Origin: Octopus bimaculoides
Lineage: Eukaryota
Length of the DNA stretch: 64,000 bases
Assembly: GCF_001194135.2 (NCBI RefSeq)
Contig: NC_068983.1
Location: 15,279,645-15,343,644 of the forward strand
Reading direction: 5' to 3'
Of this stretch, positions 61,201 through 64,000 are shown one piece after another. The notes below the pieces were generated by a model. The model saw only the letters and a program-made list of their open reading frames with translations. It made no database searches and was not told where the DNA came from. The translations under genes and the position numbers were made by a program. The number at the start of each line of letters is the position of its first letter. Position 1 is the first letter of the stretch.

Positions 61201-61760
61201 TTGGGAAGGTTGGTTTCAATAAAGATGAAAGTGGTGTCAATTAGACCCGGAGGTGTCAGGTAATGCTGAGTAAGTGCTGTGGATAGACCATAGTTAAGCT
61301 CCAGGTTTGGTGATTATGTGAATAAGGGGTCCAACGTAGGTCATATATCAGCATGTGAATATAAGGATTTCGTAATGAGATAAAAAAAACCAAGGCTGTG
61401 TATAATATAGAACATTTATAAATAGAAGGTCTTACAGCTGTTTCCAAGATATTTATTAGATGCCTTCATCAGAGACGTTGTGAGAGGATGCTTAAGTAAT
61501 AGTTAGTTTAGATAAGATAGCAAATAGGGAGTGAATGTAGGGATATTGTAGTTGTAAATCCATTGTTTAGGCAGAATGGTATACATATAAGATTCCAATA
61601 CCTTGTGGGTAAAATCCAATAGTCTTTAAGATGGGTCATTGCATTTGGAAATCCATTATTAAGATTCCAATTCCCTATGAGTAAAATCCAACAGTCTTTG
61701 AAATTAGTCATTCCAAATACAGAGTTTATACACAATGGTATTGAATCAAGGGTTACAGAA
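61200..61760 (-). mobile_element. Probable Penelope-like element terminal-repeat relic
   Basis: Carries the hammerhead-like motif and an internal duplication of about 75 bp (AAGATTCCAAT...AAAATCCAA.AGTCTTT, two copies). Class is inferred from the ribozyme motif only. Confidence 0.4.
61429..61476 (-). ncRNA. Minimal type-I hammerhead-ribozyme-like motif (Penelope-type)
   Basis: Minus strand: GTCT-CTGATGA-aggcatctaataaatatcttg-GAAAC-AGCT-GTA-AGAC. Core boxes, 4-bp stem I, palindromic AGCT loop III and a GUA triplet are present. Stem II is imperfect. Confidence 0.55.
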
Positions 61761-61965
61761 CCCTTGATTCAATAACACTGTGCATACATATAGACACACA
61801 ACACTCACAACAAACATACACATATACACGCACACGTATGTGTGGGTATATAGGACTAGGTCAGGATTCAGAACAATTCTAATTATTACTTTCTTTTATA
61901 TTTGCAATATTTTCTAAGTTACCTTTTACAGAAATTAATCGTTTTATTTTATTTTCTCTTTACAG

Positions 61966-62103
61966 ATCGGCAAAAGTTTAGCAGGGACATACAAAGAAGG
62001 TAAAGATTATGATGTTATGGATGAAATCTTAGGCAAAGGATTAAATGGTCAAATAGTTGTTGTTCGAGATCGGGTATCTAATACAGACCATGCTTTGAAA
62101 ACA
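61966..62103 (+). CDS. Ser/Thr protein kinase N-lobe exon (IGKSLAGTYKEGKDYDVMDEILGKGLNGQIVVVRDRVSNTDHALKT)
   Basis: 138 bp phase 0/0 exon with a strong ttttctctttacag acceptor and gtaagt donor. It encodes the Gly-rich loop GKGLNG and the subdomain II Ala-x-Lys (ALK). Family is ambiguous between MAPKAPK2-like and MAP3K14/MAP3K8-like. Confidence 0.87.
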
Positions 62104-63075
62104 GTAAGTTATATATACAAAACTAAAGAAGACAAAAACATTCACTTAAAATCATATTATTTCAATGTAAAGCAACTAAACAAAAAATGTTGCGTTTCAT
62201 ACATACAATACTTGTATTTTGTTTATATCTTACTAATATCATTCAGCGATACCTAACTTTCAATGATACAATCCAAAGATATGTAAATATTTACCATTAA
62301 TAGTGATGACATTGTAGTTTATTAACCTTCTGTGCTGTCTTAGAGAATTAGTAGTCAATATGAAGGTACACACATAACTATATATTTTCCTTCCATCATC
62401 ATCATTTAATGTCCATTTTTCATGCTGGCATGGGTTGGACGGTTTTACTGGAGTTGGCCAGCCAGAGAGCTGCCCAGGCCCCAATTGTCTGTTCTGGTAT
62501 GGTTTCTATGGCTGGATGCCCTTCCTAATGCAATCCATTTTACAGTGTATACTAGGTGGTTTTTATGTGACACCAGCAAGTTCAAAATGTTGTATATTTC
62601 CTTAGAAACTGAATATCTCATCCTCTGAATTAAACAATTCTTGATGCATATCTCTGATAAGAAAACAGTAATTTATGTTTATTTGCAAGTGCTAAAGAAA
62701 AGAATTCATATATCTACTTCTACATAGCAGTAGCTGGTAGAATCATGTCCTACCCAAGTTGATTTCACATCTCCCCAATGAAGCAGTTGATTAAACAAGT
62801 ATCAGTCATTTACTAAAATTGGTGAAATCAACTACACCTTTAATGAAACTGCTCTTGTGTGATCACAGTCCAATGGCTGAACCTAGTAAAAGTATACTAG
62901 CTCAACCTATAAAGATACTTTGATAATATGACATCTTTATACTTGAGCATCTTAGATTAAAGAGGACATGTGTTTATTCTTTTTATTAAATGAACATAGC
63001 TTTTTTTTTAAACACATACTTCTATATATATGCATTGGCTTACATTTGCAGTATAGTAATATAGTTTTGCTAAGT

Positions 63076-63445
63076 TGTTGTTGGCACTCCGTCGCTTACG
63101 ACGTTGAGGGTTCCAGTTGATCCGACCAACGGAACAGCCTGCTCGTGAAATTAACATGCAAGTGGCTGAGCACTCCACAGACACGTGTACCCTTAACGTA
63201 GTTCTCAGGGATATTCAGAGTGACACAGTGTGAAAGGCTGACCCTTTGAATTACAGGCACAACAGAAACAGGAAGTAAGAGTGAGAGAAAGTTGTGGTGA
63301 AAGAGTACAGCAGGGTTCGCCACCATCCCCTGCCGGAGCCTCGTGAAGCTTTAAGTGTTTTCGCTCAATAAACACTCACAACGCCCGGTCTGGGAATCGA
63401 AACCGCGAGTCCGCTGCCCTAACCACTGGGCCATTGCACCTCCAC
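63076..63445 (-). mobile_element. SINE family B
   Basis: 13-bp TSD AGTTTTGCTAAGT at 63063-63075 and 63446-63458. Confidence 0.92.
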
Positions 63446-63787
63446 AGTTTTGCTAAGTATAGTCTTTAAATAATACACATCTTCACTCAGCTAATAACTA
63501 AATCCTGATGTAAGCAAAAGCTAAAGAAGCTGTAGCAAAAAGCTTCAAAATCCTCATAAATTTATTTTACATTTTTTTGCTAAGTTCAGTTGTTATTATT
63601 TTCTTTCTAGATCAGATCTTTCTCTTTCTCTCAAATGAACCAGACAACTGTGGTGAGTTAGGAATCTTGAGATTGTCATTTGTGAGAAAAATTCTGAAAA
63701 TATAAAAATAGTGTTGACACAGGTCACACAAATTTTCTGACTGGAGTCGCAACAGCAACACTCATTCAATGATTTCCGGTGACACTT

Positions 63788-64000
63788 GTTCCATGACTCA
63801 CAGTTTTCATCATTATCATCGTTTAACGTCCGCTTTCCATGCTAGCATGGGTTGGACGATTTGACTGAGGACTGGTGAGCCAGATGGCTGCACCAGGCTC
63901 CAATCTGATCTGGTAGAGTTTCTACAGCTGGATGCCCTTCCTAACGCCAACCACTCAGAGAGTGTAGTAGGTGCTTTTACGTGTCACCTGCACGAAGGCC
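63788..64000 (-). mobile_element. Family R copy truncated by the window edge
   Basis: Near-identical to 10485-10680, including the GAGCCAGATGGCTGC and GATCTGGTAG variants. Confidence 0.85.

Overview
AT-rich, repeat-dense eukaryotic draft scaffold with 7 N-gaps. The SINE/LINE content and gene style look like a coleoid cephalopod (Octopus-like); this is inferred, not verified. Two host genes are supported. (1) The 5' half of EMC2 (ER membrane complex subunit 2/TTC35) on the minus strand: five coding exons (16791-16758, 11690-11577, 10114-10050, 6686-6601, 2371-2314) splice in frame to 119 codons, and the gene continues off the left edge. (2) A plus-strand Ser/Thr kinase gene with one clear N-lobe exon (61966-62103) and a tentative start about 28 kb upstream (33998). 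Between them lies a CpG-retaining intergenic block. It holds a decayed hAT (Charlie/Buster) transposase inside a possible 9.7-kb TIR/TSD-bounded element, with a nested Tc1/mariner, SINEs and fold-back MITEs. The rest is at least five SINE-like families, LINE relics (RTE, R4/Dong-like), a full-length decayed mariner and MITEs. I found no convincing wholly new system. The best leads are a minimal hammerhead-ribozyme-like motif (61429-61476, minus), a Merlin-like MITE carrying TTAGGG repeats, inverted SINE pairs bracketing EMC2 exons 2-3, a candidate poison exon in EMC2 intron 1, and a minisatellite apparently seeded by a retro-insertion. Almost all supplied ORFs are repeat- or gap-derived artefacts. 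Exon and motif coordinates were counted by hand; repeat boundaries are approximate.
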